Below, piece by piece: positions 35,517 through 37,888 of a stretch of DNA of 37,888 nucleotides. The DNA is taken from the NCBI GenBank assembly GCA_937897005.1, contig CALCOQ010000255.1:1-37888 (forward strand). The letters are read 5' to 3'. The notes below the pieces were generated by a model. It searched no databases, had not been told where the DNA came from, and saw nothing but the letters and a program-made list of their open reading frames with translations. The translations under genes and the position numbers were made by a program. This DNA is from an uncultured euryarchaeote (GTDB taxonomy: Archaea; Thermoplasmatota; Poseidoniia; Poseidoniales; Poseidoniaceae). How positions within the stretch are numbered: the stretch's first letter is position 1; the number at the start of each line of letters is the position of its first letter.

Positions 35517-37031
35517 ATGGTCGGTGAATTATCTCCTGATGGTCAGTTAATGTGGGATGGAAATCAATGGGTTCCAAATCAAGGCCCAGGAGTGCAGGAT
35601 GTGGCAAACATGGCCAACACACAGGTCGGGGTTACACAACAGCCAGCGATGGAGCAACCAGTGATGGGACAGCCAGCGTCAGGACAGCCAATGATGCAAC
35701 AAGGTGGAATCGATCCAATGACCGGTGGAATCGCTGGAGACCCTGCTGCAGGAATGTGGGCACCAGATGGTTCAGCAATGAGTGGAGGGGGCAAAGGCAA
35801 ATTGTTCGCCATAGCCTTGATTGGAATCGTTCTCACTTCAGGCGTTGGTTGGGGAACATATGAATTCGTGATCGACCCGATGCTCGATCCAGACCCTTAC
35901 AGCAGAGAGCAATTCGTTGAACACGCTCTTGCTCAACCAACGATGGAGGAAGTGATGGGGGGAGAAGTGAAGGCATGGTCATGTGAAGTGGATTTAAGCC
36001 TCTCAGAGGTTGAAGACGAACTCTTGGGCTCTTTCAGCGTTGATATGAAAACCAAATTGTATGCCAGTGAAACTGCAGCAAGAGCTGACCTCGATATGAC
36101 CATCAGAACTGAATCTCTTCCACTTCCCGTGAAGATGGATGTCTGGTTGAGTGAAAGTGAAATGGCTGTGAATATGATGGGGGAGGCGAGTGTTACAACA
36201 TTCAACTCATTGGGAGGTGAACCTGCGACACTACTGTTCGCAGATGATGAAGCGATGTTCGCTGAGACCATTCCATTCTGTTTCCTGAATCATGAAATCG
36301 CTGAGGCGGTCAGTGAAGATTCAGGCATTTCATTCTTCTCGGAAGCTGAACGTTTTCCTGACGAAGATGGGGAAAGGGCTGTAAGAGTCGATGTGGAATA
36401 CGAATTAGATGGAGAAGAACTTTCCATCTCGATGTATTTTGATGAAGATGACCAATTGATTGGTGGCAAAGCATCTAATTCCAGTGGAATGAGTCTGTTG
36501 ATGAAGTTGGATAACGGTGCAGTCTCTGAACCATCTTGGTTGTCTGGAGCAGATGACAGTCCGATGCCACTGGAACTGGAGGAAGGCATCTGGAGCAACT
36601 ACAGCCATCGTAACTATTCCGTGAAAACACAATACAATACAACATTCGAAATGACTGGGGTTGATATCGTACTCTATTCAGAAGTATATGATGAGGAAGA
36701 GATGGAAGATATTCTAGTGACAGACCACAACATCGGCTCCTTGACCAATATTTTAACCCAAAATGCCACACTACAGATCACTGACGAATATGGATCTTCA
36801 AATTGTACCTTCAATTATACGGACAACGAGCCGTTGAATCTGATTTCAACAGGAGATGAAATTGAAATGGATTGTGAAGGAGATGCCGAATTATATGAGC
36901 TTGAACTTGGCTTGTCTTCTGTACTTGGAATTGCACAGCCTATGGAGATGGAACTGTCGTGGATCTCCCCTGTGTTAACGCTCATCTCCGTTCTTGGAGC
37001 GGCCCTTGTATTGGTCAAAAGACATCACTGA
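35517..37031 (+). CDS. Hypothetical membrane protein (N-terminal SPDG..WDG..W motif, TM, acidic ectodomain, C-terminal anchor)
   Basis: LSPDGQLMWDGNQWVP, Q/P/M-rich linker, TM near aa 97-115, C-terminal hydrophobic helix plus KRHH. Confidence 0.82.
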   Translation: MVGELSPDGQLMWDGNQWVPNQGPGVQDVANMANTQVGVTQQPAMEQPVMGQPASGQPMMQQGGIDPMTGGIAGDPAAGMWAPDGSAMSGGGKGKLFAIALIGIVLTSGVGWGTYEFVIDPMLDPDPYSREQFVEHALAQPTMEEVMGGEVKAWSCEVDLSLSEVEDELLGSFSVDMKTKLYASETAARADLDMTIRTESLPLPVKMDVWLSESEMAVNMMGEASVTTFNSLGGEPATLLFADDEAMFAETIPFCFLNHEIAEAVSEDSGISFFSEAERFPDEDGERAVRVDVEYELDGEELSISMYFDEDDQLIGGKASNSSGMSLLMKLDNGAVSEPSWLSGADDSPMPLELEEGIWSNYSHRNYSVKTQYNTTFEMTGVDIVLYSEVYDEEEMEDILVTDHNIGSLTNILTQNATLQITDEYGSSNCTFNYTDNEPLNLISTGDEIEMDCEGDAELYELELGLSSVLGIAQPMEMELSWISPVLTLISVLGAALVLVKRHH

Positions 37032-37094
37032 TTCACTGATTCTTACTCTTTTTAGCGAATCCTTGATGGCTGGCGGATTCCCGAGAAGATAGTG

Positions 37095-37888
37095 ATGAAG
37101 CCTGTTTCCAGCCTTGCTACGATTCTGCTGGCGCTGCTGTTCATCGCATCATCGATGGCTGGATGTATCTTTGAAAGTGATGATGCAGAGCCTGATTCCA
37201 ATCTTGAAGCAATATTTGATTGGACACCAAAAACGTCCATTCAAGCAACAACCACTCAGGTTTCCTTCAATGGTAATGCCTCAATTCCAAATGATGGTTC
37301 TCTAACATATAGGTGGGACTTCAATGGAGATGGAGATATCGATGCCTCTGGAGACAAAGTTTTGAACATCTATGCTAATCCTGGAACATTCGAAGTCATT
37401 CTGACGGTCACCGACGGATTCAGCGAACATAGCAAGAGTAAGGAAATCATCATCATTCCAAAAGATGCTGTGAAACCTGTTGCAAACAGCGGTTCCTTGA
37501 ATCCTGATTCCGATTGTGACGGTGATGAAGCGCCTTCTGGAACCGTCCAAGGCGACGAATTCTATTTGATATACATCTGTGAGCCGGACAAGGATGCTGG
37601 AGATCGAACGACCAGAGTGACCACAAGTGTGACTCTAGATGGAAGTGGGAGCGACCCCGGTAGCACCAATCATTACATCACCAGCTGGAGCTGGGATTTG
37701 AACATCGATTTTGACAGCGACGGAAATGGCGTTGAAGATGATGATGAAGATGAGACAGGAGATGTCGTTGAATTGTCTGACCTGCCGATTGGTGAATCGC
37801 ATATCTCACTCTTGGTGACCAACAATGAGGGGCACACCGATTCAATGAGTGCATGGGTATTCGTTCATTACAAGGGCGAGTGGGATGA
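37095..37888 (+). CDS. PKD-domain lipoprotein-like surface protein, 3'-truncated (absent from the ORF track)
   Basis: Hand translation MKPVSSLATILLALLFIASSMAGCIFES...YRWDFNGDG...GTFEVILTVTDG...LDGSGSDP...WSWDL; open to the window end. Confidence 0.9.
   Translation, partial: MKPVSSLATILLALLFIASSMAGCIFESDDAEPDSNLEAIFDWTPKTSIQATTTQVSFNGNASIPNDGSLTYRWDFNGDGDIDASGDKVLNIYANPGTFEVILTVTDGFSEHSKSKEIIIIPKDAVKPVANSGSLNPDSDCDGDEAPSGTVQGDEFYLIYICEPDKDAGDRTTRVTTSVTLDGSGSDPGSTNHYITSWSWDLNIDFDSDGNGVEDDDEDETGDVVELSDLPIGESHISLLVTNNEGHTDSMSAWVFVHYKGEWD

Overview
Gene-dense archaeal chromosomal region, most consistent with Marine Group II Euryarchaeota (Ca. Poseidoniales). That assignment is inferred from rps8e, SRP19, Sec61beta, a PIP-box PolB and XerA occurring with an A1-type cytochrome oxidase, bacterial-type ribD/ilvE/rimK and acidic PKD surface proteins. 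It holds about 37 CDS and one tRNA-Ser(UGA), with no CRISPR array, IS or provirus. Most genes are housekeeping, but several architectures are unusual: (1) a SAP-domain membrane protein directly followed by a small protein carrying the ParB-type LGRGL peptide but no ParB domain (candidate chromosome-membrane tether), with a histone-H1-like protein, a small Zn-finger ORF and XerA a few kb away; (2) a solo Cas4-like nuclease split by four TM helices; (3) a cox operon with a secreted CxCH domain fused to CoxI, a large CoxII insertion, and a SCO interrupted by a DUF4430-like domain; (4) a recurrent TT[C/G]A[A/T]N motif 23-26 nt before many starts, suggesting a non-canonical TATA box with leaderless mRNAs. 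All family calls come from motif recognition by eye; no searches were run.
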